Shown here one piece after another: positions 20,587-27,738 of a DNA stretch of 27,738 bases. The position numbers and the translations under genes are program-made. Under the pieces are notes generated by a model. It worked only from the letters and a program-made list of their open reading frames with translations, searched no databases and had not been told where the DNA came from. Numbering within the stretch: position 1 is the stretch's first letter; every line of letters begins with the position of its first letter. The DNA is taken from assembly GCA_030624805.1 (NCBI GenBank), contig JAUXJL010000001.1:1-27738 (forward strand). The letters are read 5' to 3'. The stretch is from Acidimicrobiia bacterium (GTDB taxonomy: Bacteria > Actinomycetota > Acidimicrobiia > Spongiisociales > SHLN01).

Positions 20587-20988
20587 CTACTGCACCCGGA
20601 AGGTCCAGGCATAGGAGCCGGAGTCGGGAAGGCCGGCCGGTCGCTCCCACTCGATCCGGATCTCGTGGGTGCCAGGGGTCCAGTGCTCAATGAAGCGACC
20701 GGGAGCAGGCTCCCACGTGAACCGGGTGGTACCCGTCTGGATCCCGATCACGATCGGTGAGATGCGAATCCCGTCGACAAATAACACGATCTCGTAGCCG
20801 ACTCGCATGTCGATCTCGAGGGCCGCCTGGCGTATGACTGAGTTGTTGGGGATCGGAAGGACCCTTTCGACAGGCTCGGGGAGTGATGACTCCCTACCGG
20901 ATGGGCTGAAGGCAACGGCGAACCAGACGACGGCAATCAGTGCCAGCCCCAACCCGGTATAGAGCAATCGGTAGGTGGTGTCCTTCAT
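20587..20988 (-). CDS. membrane-anchored hypothetical protein with a probable Ig-like/CopC-like beta domain, 133 aa
   Basis: N-terminal TM helix, then a beta-rich domain ending GTHEIRIEW...SGSYAWTFRV. The fold call is by resemblance only. Confidence 0.65.
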   Translation of the reverse strand: MKDTTYRLLYTGLGLALIAVVWFAVAFSPSGRESSLPEPVERVLPIPNNSVIRQAALEIDMRVGYEIVLFVDGIRISPIVIGIQTGTTRFTWEPAPGRFIEHWTPGTHEIRIEWERPAGLPDSGSYAWTFRVQ

Positions 20989-20995
20989 CGATGGG

Positions 20996-21043
20996 ATGAT
21001 ACGGGGGCCGGGCAGTTGTCACCCGGGCCGCTCCAGGTAACGT
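20996..21043. promoter_or_regulatory. back-to-back leaderless promoters
   Basis: Minus strand: TATCAT (21001-20996), 7 nt before ATG 20988. Plus strand: TTGTCA (21016-21021), 16-nt spacer, TAACGT (21038-21043), 6 nt before ATG 21050. Confidence 0.6.
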
Positions 21044-21049
21044 CTGTCC

Positions 21050-22192
21050 ATGCACCTCAATCCCATCCTGTCGGCCATGGGTGGATATCCGCTCGCCGAG
21101 ATTCAGATGCGAGCCCGGTCACTTCGGGCGGCGGGTAAGCCGCTCATCGACTTCTCAATCGGTGATCCCCGCGAGCCAACCCCTTCCTTCATTCCAGAGG
21201 CACTCAAGCAAGCGGTTCCAGCCGTTTCGCAGTATCCGACCACGGTCGGCCTCCCCGAGTTACGAAGAGCGATTGGCGACTACCTGGCCCGTCGTTTCCA
21301 GGTCTCGGTCGATCCGGACACCCAAATCATTCCGACCTCCGGCGCCAAGGAGGCCATCTTTCATACACCGTTTGCGTTTGTCGAACCGGGTGCCGGGCAC
21401 GGAGTGGTATTCGGGAGCCCGGCCTATCCGGTATACGAACGCGGGGCTCGGTTCGCCGGGGCCGTCACCGACCCCATTCCTCTGAAGGGGGATTTTGTCC
21501 TGCGAGCGGCTGATATCAGCGACGAGAGTTGGGAGCGGGCCCGGCTCGTTTGGTCGTGTTCCCCGCACAATCCGACCGGCTCGATTACGACGACGACCGA
21601 GTTGGCGGCCCTGCTCGAGAGGTGCAGGGAGGCCGGGGCCGTGTTCGCGTCCGACGAGTGTTATGTGGACGTGTATGAGCACGATCCCCCCGGTTCGGTG
21701 CTGCAAGTGGCCGGTCCCGACCTGGCGGGCACGCTCGCCTTTTACAGCTGCTCTAAGCGGTCCGGGATGACGGGATATCGGAGTGGCGCCATCATCGGAG
21801 ATGCCGAGGCCATCGCGGCGCTCATCGATCTTCGGGCGAGTGCCGGAGTGGCACCGCCCGAGTTTGTGCAGGCCGCCGCGGCGGCGGCCTGGTCTGACGA
21901 TGAGCACGCGGCAGAGCGCCGGGCCGTGTTCACGGCCAAGCGAGCGGTGCTCCGGAAGGCATTTGAGCAGCTAGCGCTTCCTGTCGTCGGTTCCACTGCT
22001 GCGCTGTATTTGTGGGTGGCGGTGGCGGACGATGTTGCTGTGAGCCTCCAGCTGCTCGAACAAGGCATTGTGGTGTCTCCCGGCCGGGCGTTCGGGCCCG
22101 GGGGAGAGGGATACATTCGACTGGCACTGGTTCCCAGCCTCGAGGAATGCGAACAGGCCGTTGATGTCCTCGTAGAGTGTCTCGACGTATGA
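21050..22192 (+). CDS. dapC: PLP-dependent class I/II aminotransferase, probable N-succinyldiaminopimelate aminotransferase
   Basis: DFSIGDP, GAKEAI, AYPVY, CSPHNPTG, SDECY, SCSKRSGMTGYRSG (PLP Lys) and YIRLAL; coupled to dapD-dapE. Confidence 0.85.
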   Translation: MHLNPILSAMGGYPLAEIQMRARSLRAAGKPLIDFSIGDPREPTPSFIPEALKQAVPAVSQYPTTVGLPELRRAIGDYLARRFQVSVDPDTQIIPTSGAKEAIFHTPFAFVEPGAGHGVVFGSPAYPVYERGARFAGAVTDPIPLKGDFVLRAADISDESWERARLVWSCSPHNPTGSITTTTELAALLERCREAGAVFASDECYVDVYEHDPPGSVLQVAGPDLAGTLAFYSCSKRSGMTGYRSGAIIGDAEAIAALIDLRASAGVAPPEFVQAAAAAAWSDDEHAAERRAVFTAKRAVLRKAFEQLALPVVGSTAALYLWVAVADDVAVSLQLLEQGIVVSPGRAFGPGGEGYIRLALVPSLEECEQAVDVLVECLDV

Positions 22193-22995
22193 CCGACCGT
22201 GAGCTGATCGAAGCCGCCTACGCAGACCTCGAGAAACTGAGCGAGGCCAAAGAAGCTGTGACCCGCACTATCGCGGCGCTCGACGAGGGCCGGGTGCGGG
22301 TCGCCGAGAAGCTCGACGGAGAGTGGGCCGTCAACTCGTGGGTGAAAGAGGCGATCCTGCTGTATTTCCGGCTGAGCGAGGTCAAATCGATTGAGGTCGG
22401 TCCTTTCGAATACTTTGACAAAATCCCCACCAAACACAACCTCGAGCAGGCCGGCGTACGTGTCGTCCCGCCCGGTACGGTGCGATATGGCGCTTTCTGT
22501 GAGCCCGGCGTGGTCGTGATGCCCGGCTATGTGAACATCGGTGCGTACGTCGGCACCGGCACCATGGTTGACACATGGGCCACGGTTGGCTCCTGCGCCC
22601 AGATCGGACGCAATGTTCATCTTTCCGGCGGTGTCGGCATCGGAGGTGTGCTCGAGCCACCCGGGGCGCGGCCGGTCATCGTTGAGGACGGGGCCTTCAT
22701 TGGGAGCCGCTCGATCCTGGTGGAAGGAGTGGTGGTTGAGGAAGGAGCCGTCCTCGGCGCCAACACCACCATCACTTCCAGCACCCCGATCATCGACGTA
22801 ACCGGCTCTGAGCCGGTTGAGACGCGCGGCCTGGTCCCGGCCGGCGCGGTGGTTCTGCCGGGTACCCGTCCCAAGCAGTTTCCGGCAGGCACCTATGACC
22901 TCCAGTGTGCGCTCATCGTTGGAAAACGCTCGGCGTCGACCGATCGTAAAACCTCTCTCAACGATGCCCTTCGCACCTTCGAGGTGCCGGTGTGA
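22189..22995 (+). CDS. dapD: 2,3,4,5-tetrahydropyridine-2,6-dicarboxylate N-succinyltransferase
   Basis: Start moved to ATG 22189 (ATGA overlap). VNSWVKEAILLYF, DKIPTK, VRVVPPGTVRYGA, VNIGAYV, MVDTWATVGSCAQIG and hexapeptide repeats. Confidence 0.95.
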   Translation: MTDRELIEAAYADLEKLSEAKEAVTRTIAALDEGRVRVAEKLDGEWAVNSWVKEAILLYFRLSEVKSIEVGPFEYFDKIPTKHNLEQAGVRVVPPGTVRYGAFCEPGVVVMPGYVNIGAYVGTGTMVDTWATVGSCAQIGRNVHLSGGVGIGGVLEPPGARPVIVEDGAFIGSRSILVEGVVVEEGAVLGANTTITSSTPIIDVTGSEPVETRGLVPAGAVVLPGTRPKQFPAGTYDLQCALIVGKRSASTDRKTSLNDALRTFEVPV

Positions 22996-24044
22996 CTCCG
23001 GCCGAGACCCTGGCCTGGCTCGTTGATATTCCCTCCGAAACCGGCGACGAGGGACGCATTGCGACTGCCATTGCCGAGCGCCTGCTTCCGACGATTGGGC
23101 CAGGAGTCGAGCGGATTGGCAACAGCCTGGTGGTGGGACACCGCGGCGGGCACCCCCTCATTTCGATGTATGGCCACACAGACACCGTCCCGTCTCAGGG
23201 TCAAGGTCCTGCCTCTGTTGTGGACGGGCGCCTCGCCGGGCTTGGCTCGTCTGACATGAAGGCCGGCCTGGCCGTCATGATCCACCTGCTGGAAGACGAC
23301 GCCGTCCAGTCCTCGTCGCTCTTTGACGTTGTCGGCGTGTTCTATGCCGCCGAAGAGGGCCCGCAGGATGGCAACGAGCTCGAGGCCGTCTTCGAACATG
23401 CCGGCTGGCTGGACGAATCCGAGCTCGGCATCATCCTGGAGCCAACCGACCTCAACCTCGAGCTGGGCTGCCAAGGTGTCATCAATGCCCAGGTTTCTTT
23501 TTTGGGCACCTCCGCTCACAGCGCTCGGCCCTGGCTGGGTGAGAACGCTGTGACCAGGGCCGCCGAGTGGCTGCAGGCCATCGGCCGACGCCGGCCAGAG
23601 CCGATCCTTGTCGGCGGGTTGGAGTTCAAGGAAGTCATGTCGGTGACACGAGCGAATGGCGGTATTGCCAACAACATCATTCCTGCCAGATTCGAATGTA
23701 ACGTCAATTACCGCTTTGCGCCCGACAAGACGGTCGACGAAGCCAAAGCGAAACTCGCCAAGGCGTTATCCGGTGTCGATGAGTATGCGATCAGCGATGC
23801 GGCTCCTGCCGGCCGCGTAGCCGCCTCAAATCGTCATGTGGAACGTCTGGCCACCCTCACGGGCGCAGAGGAGCACCCCAAACAGGGCTGGACCGACGTC
23901 GCCCGGCTCTCGGAGAGAGGTATCCCGGCCATCAACTACGGCCCGGGCGAGGTTGCCAAGGCTCACAGAGTTGATGAGTCTGTCCCGCTCGAAAACCTCG
24001 ATGCCGCTTTTGGTTATCTCAAGCGGTTCTTGACCGAGCAGTAA
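22992..24044 (+). CDS. dapE: succinyl-diaminopimelate desuccinylase (M20 family)
   Basis: GHTDTV, SDMKAG, AEEG, LEPT, GCQG, AHSARPWLGENA, GWTDVAR and AHRVDE. GTGA overlap with dapD. Confidence 0.92.
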   Translation: MTPAETLAWLVDIPSETGDEGRIATAIAERLLPTIGPGVERIGNSLVVGHRGGHPLISMYGHTDTVPSQGQGPASVVDGRLAGLGSSDMKAGLAVMIHLLEDDAVQSSSLFDVVGVFYAAEEGPQDGNELEAVFEHAGWLDESELGIILEPTDLNLELGCQGVINAQVSFLGTSAHSARPWLGENAVTRAAEWLQAIGRRRPEPILVGGLEFKEVMSVTRANGGIANNIIPARFECNVNYRFAPDKTVDEAKAKLAKALSGVDEYAISDAAPAGRVAASNRHVERLATLTGAEEHPKQGWTDVARLSERGIPAINYGPGEVAKAHRVDESVPLENLDAAFGYLKRFLTEQ

Positions 24045-24166
24045 TGCCACACGTGTTCTGGTCGCTCAGCTGCCGTCGCCGCGTGTAGTGAACTGAGATT
24101 CAGCCTCTGGCGAGGGGTTCGACTGCTCGAGGTCGGCTGGTGGCGTACTACTACCATTGCCGCCTC

Positions 24167-24457
24167 ATGCCGGTTGACATTGATATTGGAAAGGTTGCTC
24201 GACTGGCTCGTCTGGCGCTCAGCGAGGACGAACTCAACCGTTATCGCCAGCAGTGCGAGGTGGTGCTCGAGCACGCGGCCCGGGTACAAGCGCTCCCGAC
24301 CGATGGAGTGACCGGTACATCCCACCCATTGCCCCGAACCAATGCGTTCCGGGACGACATTGTCACCGAGTGTCTAGATCGCGAGGAGGTGCTCGCTCAG
24401 GCGCCTGAACGTGACGGCGACTATTTCCTTGTGCCCAGGATCCTCGACGAACAATGA
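24167..24457 (+). CDS. gatC: Asp/Glu-tRNA amidotransferase subunit C
   Basis: Start moved to ATG 24167. KVARLARL, TSHP, NAFRDD, APERDGDYFLVPRIL. Confidence 0.93.
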   Translation: MPVDIDIGKVARLARLALSEDELNRYRQQCEVVLEHAARVQALPTDGVTGTSHPLPRTNAFRDDIVTECLDREEVLAQAPERDGDYFLVPRILDEQ

Positions 24458-25932
24458 CCGACCTTGCCGATCTCACCGTGACCGGTGCGGCCGCCGGGCT
24501 GCGGGCCGGCGAGTTCAGCTCGGTCGACCTACTCGAGGCCGTGCATCGGCGGGCCGCGATGACCGAAGCCAACTTGCACGCTTACTTGAGCATCGACCGG
24601 GACGGAGCAGCCCGGGCTGCGGTTGGGGCCGACAGTGCGTTCAAATCGAATACGGATCTCGGTCTCTTGCAGGGCATCCCCGTGGCCCTGAAAGACAACA
24701 TGGTTACCCGCGGCCTGGAAACAACGTGTTCCTCGAAGATACTTGCCGGGTATCTCCCGCCCTATGACGGCACTGCCGTCAGCAGGCTGCGGGAGGGGGG
24801 AGCGGTCATATTCGGGAAGACCAATCTCGATGAGTTCGCCATGGGATCGTCGACCGAGAACTCGGCCTACGGGCCAAGCCGCAACCCGTGGGACCCCGAG
24901 CGGGTGCCGGGCGGCAGTTCGGGGGGGTCGGCGGCGGCGGTGGCGGCCGGGTCGGCGCTCGTCGGATTCGGAAGCGACACGGGAGGGTCGATCCGACAGC
25001 CGGCGGCGTTGTGCGGGATCGTAGGGATGAAGCCGACCTATGGTCTGGTGAGCCGATATGGGCTCATCGCCTTTGCATCGTCGCTCGACCAGATTGGACC
25101 GCTTACTCGAACGGTGGAGGATTCGGTGGCGGCTCTCGAAGTTGTCGGGGGTTACGATCCGGCTGACTCGACGAGCTATCCCGGGGACGTTCCCGATTAC
25201 CGGGCCGGGCTCGAATCTGGCGTAGCCGGGCTGCGGGTCGGGGTGGTCAGCGAACTAAACGGTGAAGGTATCGACCCGGAGGTGCAGGCTGGCGTTGACC
25301 AATGCATTGCGGGGCTCGAGCAGGCCGGCGCCTCGATCGTCGAGCTTTCGTTGCCGTCCATCGAATACGCGCTCTCGGCCTATTACCTGATTGCGCCTGC
25401 CGAGTGCTCGGCCAACCTGGCACGGTTCGACGGAGTTCGGTACGGGTTACGCCGCCGTGGGGAAACCGTTGAAGAGATGATGTCCACGACGCGAGCCGAT
25501 GGGTTCGGACCTGAGGTCATCCGGCGGATCCTGCTCGGGACCTACGCTCTCTCTGCCGGCTACTACGACGCCTTTTATGGCCAGGCGCAGCGGGTTCGGA
25601 CTCTCATCATCCAAGACTTCCAGGCCGCCTACGAACAGGCAGATGTGCTGGTTTCTCCAACCAGTCCCACGACCGCTTTCCAGCTTGGCGATCGCACCCA
25701 GGATCCGCTCTCGATGTATCTGTCCGATGTATGCACCATCCCGTCAAACATGTCGGGCGATCCGGCCATCTCGGTTCCGATTGGCCTCGATGGGGCCGGG
25801 CTCCCGATCGGCTTTCAGGTCATGGCCCCCGCCCTCGGCGAGCCGCTGATGTTTCGGGTGGCCGCTGAGGTGGAACGCCAGGCCGGCTTCGAAGCCCGTG
25901 CCACTCACGCCACTTCAGAGGTGGTGACGTGA
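24454..25932 (+). CDS. gatA: Asp/Glu-tRNA amidotransferase subunit A
   Basis: ALKDN, GKTNLDEFAMGSSTENS, PGGSSGGS, GSDTGGSIRQPA and LARFDGVRYG. Confidence 0.98.
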   Translation: MTDLADLTVTGAAAGLRAGEFSSVDLLEAVHRRAAMTEANLHAYLSIDRDGAARAAVGADSAFKSNTDLGLLQGIPVALKDNMVTRGLETTCSSKILAGYLPPYDGTAVSRLREGGAVIFGKTNLDEFAMGSSTENSAYGPSRNPWDPERVPGGSSGGSAAAVAAGSALVGFGSDTGGSIRQPAALCGIVGMKPTYGLVSRYGLIAFASSLDQIGPLTRTVEDSVAALEVVGGYDPADSTSYPGDVPDYRAGLESGVAGLRVGVVSELNGEGIDPEVQAGVDQCIAGLEQAGASIVELSLPSIEYALSAYYLIAPAECSANLARFDGVRYGLRRRGETVEEMMSTTRADGFGPEVIRRILLGTYALSAGYYDAFYGQAQRVRTLIIQDFQAAYEQADVLVSPTSPTTAFQLGDRTQDPLSMYLSDVCTIPSNMSGDPAISVPIGLDGAGLPIGFQVMAPALGEPLMFRVAAEVERQAGFEARATHATSEVVT

Positions 25933-27371
25933 CCTACGAACCTGTCATCGGTATTGAGACTCACGTTGAGCTCACGACGGAGTCGAAGATGTTTTGCGGG
26001 TGCGCAGTCGGATTCGGCGCGCCCCCGAACACCAACGTGTGCCCCGTCTGCCTCGGACTGCCGGGAGCCCTTCCGGTTGTAAACGGCCGGGCGGTCGAAT
26101 TCGCCATGGCCATCGGGCTTGCCCTCAATTGCTCAATCGCCCACCAGTCGGTTTTTTCGCGCAAGAACTACTTCTATCCCGACATGCCGAAGAATTACCA
26201 AATCTCGCAATATGACGAGCCGCTCTGCATAGGTGGCTACCTGGACGTACAAACAGGCTCCGAAACACGCCGGATCGGCATCACTCGAGTCCATATGGAA
26301 GAGGACACGGGAAAGAGCATTCACGTCGGTGAGGGCGGGCGAATCTCCGCAGCCAGCCATTCGCTCATCGACTTCAACCGGGCAGGTGTGCCGTTAATGG
26401 AAGTCGTCTCCGAGCCCGACATCCGTTCGGCTGAGGAGGCGCGGGCATTCGTCGCGGAGCTGCGCGGCGCAGTGCTCCGGCTCGGTGTATCGGATGCCAA
26501 GCTCGAAGAAGGAAGCATGCGCTTCGATGCCAACGTCTCGCTTCGGCCCAAAGGTACCGAGCCGTTCGGCACCAAGGTCGAGGTCAAGAACATGAACTCG
26601 CTGCGCTCGCTCCAACGGGCCCTCGAGCACGAGATCGATCGCCAGGCCGCGCTTCTCGAAGCCGGGGACTCGGTGCTGCAGGAGACACGTCACTGGGACG
26701 AAGCGGCCGGGACAACCTTGGGGATGCGGTCGAAGGAAGAGGCCTTCGACTATCGATACTTTCCAGAGCCGGATCTCGTCCCGGTCGAGGTGGACGACGC
26801 ATGGAGAGATCGGGTCGGCGAAGCGATCCCGGAGCTGCCCGCCCAGGCCCGGGCCCGCTATCTCGAAATGGGGCTCGATCCAACCGCGGCCGGTCTCATC
26901 TCCCGTGACGTCGCTTTCGGCGCGGTGTTCGAGGACGCGGTCGCAGCGGGAGGCGTTTCCCAGACGGTGGCAAACTGGCTCACCGGCGAGGTCACGGCCC
27001 TGCTACGTCGTTCCGAAACGCCCTTGGCGTCCAGCCCGATCGACGGAGCAGCACTCGCCGAGCTGTCCGGAATGGTGGATGCCGGGCGGCTGTCGGCGTC
27101 GGCTGCCAAGGACGTTCTCGCTGGAGTAGTCGCCGGAGAGGGGAACCCGGCTGAGGTTGCCCGGGCTCGTGACCTCGTTCAGGTCTCCGATATCGCGGCC
27201 CTCGAGCCGATAATCGATGAAGTCCTGGCCGGCAATGAGGAGGCGGTCGGCAAGCTCCGGAGAGGCGACGACAAAGTAATCGGCTTCCTGATTGGGCAGG
27301 TGATGCGCGCAAGCGGCGGCAAGGCCGACCCGGCGGTGGTGAGAGGGATCATCAAAGACAGGGTCAGTTAG
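25929..27371 (+). CDS. gatB: Asp/Glu-tRNA amidotransferase subunit B
   Basis: VIGIETHVEL, RKNYFYPD, HMEEDTGK, NRAGVPLMEVVSEPD, EVKNMNS, DYRYFPEPDL and the Yqey-like tail GQVMRASGGKADP. Confidence 0.98.
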   Translation: MTYEPVIGIETHVELTTESKMFCGCAVGFGAPPNTNVCPVCLGLPGALPVVNGRAVEFAMAIGLALNCSIAHQSVFSRKNYFYPDMPKNYQISQYDEPLCIGGYLDVQTGSETRRIGITRVHMEEDTGKSIHVGEGGRISAASHSLIDFNRAGVPLMEVVSEPDIRSAEEARAFVAELRGAVLRLGVSDAKLEEGSMRFDANVSLRPKGTEPFGTKVEVKNMNSLRSLQRALEHEIDRQAALLEAGDSVLQETRHWDEAAGTTLGMRSKEEAFDYRYFPEPDLVPVEVDDAWRDRVGEAIPELPAQARARYLEMGLDPTAAGLISRDVAFGAVFEDAVAAGGVSQTVANWLTGEVTALLRRSETPLASSPIDGAALAELSGMVDAGRLSASAAKDVLAGVVAGEGNPAEVARARDLVQVSDIAALEPIIDEVLAGNEEAVGKLRRGDDKVIGFLIGQVMRASGGKADPAVVRGIIKDRVS

Positions 27372-27373
27372 TC

Positions 27374-27738
27374 GTGGAGCCTGTGTTGGGGCCTGACAGG
27401 CTCACCCAGGATGAGGCCCGGGAGCGGGCGCGATTGATAGCAGATGTTGAGTACTCACTCACCCTCGAGCTCGTCGCAGGGGCCAAGACCTACGCCGGTG
27501 ACTGCACCATCCAATTCGGATACGACGGGTCCGACCCCACCTTCCTTGACTTCACCGGCTCCGTCATCGAAGCGTTCATCGTCAACGGGATCGAACGTGA
27601 GCCGGGGTGGAAAAACCACCGGATCGAGCTAGGCCCCGACTGGCTCGAGCCGGCCAACGAGATACGAGTTCGCTACGTCAACGAATATGACCACTCAGGT
27701 GAGGGTTTTCATCAGTTCGTCGATCCTGAAGATGGCGG
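27374..27738 (+). CDS. pepN: aminopeptidase N (M1 family), N-terminal fragment running off the right edge
   Basis: Not in the ORF track; hand translation from GTG 27374: MEPVLGPDRLTQDEARERARLIADVEYSLTLEL...FLDF...VNG...NEIRVRYVNEYDHSGEGFHQFVDPEDG, matching the actinobacterial PepN N-terminus. Start codon uncertain. Confidence 0.85.
   Translation, partial: MEPVLGPDRLTQDEARERARLIADVEYSLTLELVAGAKTYAGDCTIQFGYDGSDPTFLDFTGSVIEAFIVNGIEREPGWKNHRIELGPDWLEPANEIRVRYVNEYDHSGEGFHQFVDPEDG

Noticed and set aside
24045-24166. tRNA-like or T-box element upstream of gatC (GGGGTTCGACT, GTGTAG, short hairpins CTGA-GAT-TCAG and CCTC-TGGC-GAGG)
   Set aside because: The bases flanking TTCGACT do not form a T-stem, no 7-bp acceptor stem closes the fold, there is no T-box consensus, and 122 nt is too short for a typical T-box. 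A tRNAscan-SE/Rfam search would settle it.

Overview
High-GC bacterial chromosome segment, most likely Actinomycetota. The lipoprotein style, frequent leaderless starts and iscS-mnmA-ligA...gatCAB order suggest Acidimicrobiia; this is inference. From left to right: (1) 1-10630, a cyclitol/inositol catabolic island with three Gfo/Idh/MocA dehydrogenases, a sugar ABC transporter whose permease is nearly twice the normal size, an RmlD-like reductase, a MarP-like protease, a SnoaL-like protein, a Cgl0159-type aldolase and iolB; (2) 10760-17845, Nfu-type Fe-S carrier, meaB, enoyl-CoA hydratase, a small membrane protein, iscS, mnmA (with an anomalous Cys-to-Trp in its TPNPCxxC motif), ligA and a HAD phosphatase; (3) 17899-20988, a minus-strand three-gene unit centred on an in-frame fusion of an endonuclease IV-type AP endonuclease to a LigD/Prim-Pol polymerase domain, which is the best candidate for an undescribed system here; (4) 21050-27738, dapC-dapD-dapE, gatCAB and the start of pepN. 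I found no rRNA, tRNA, CRISPR array or mobile element. All family calls come from motif recognition by eye; no database search was run.
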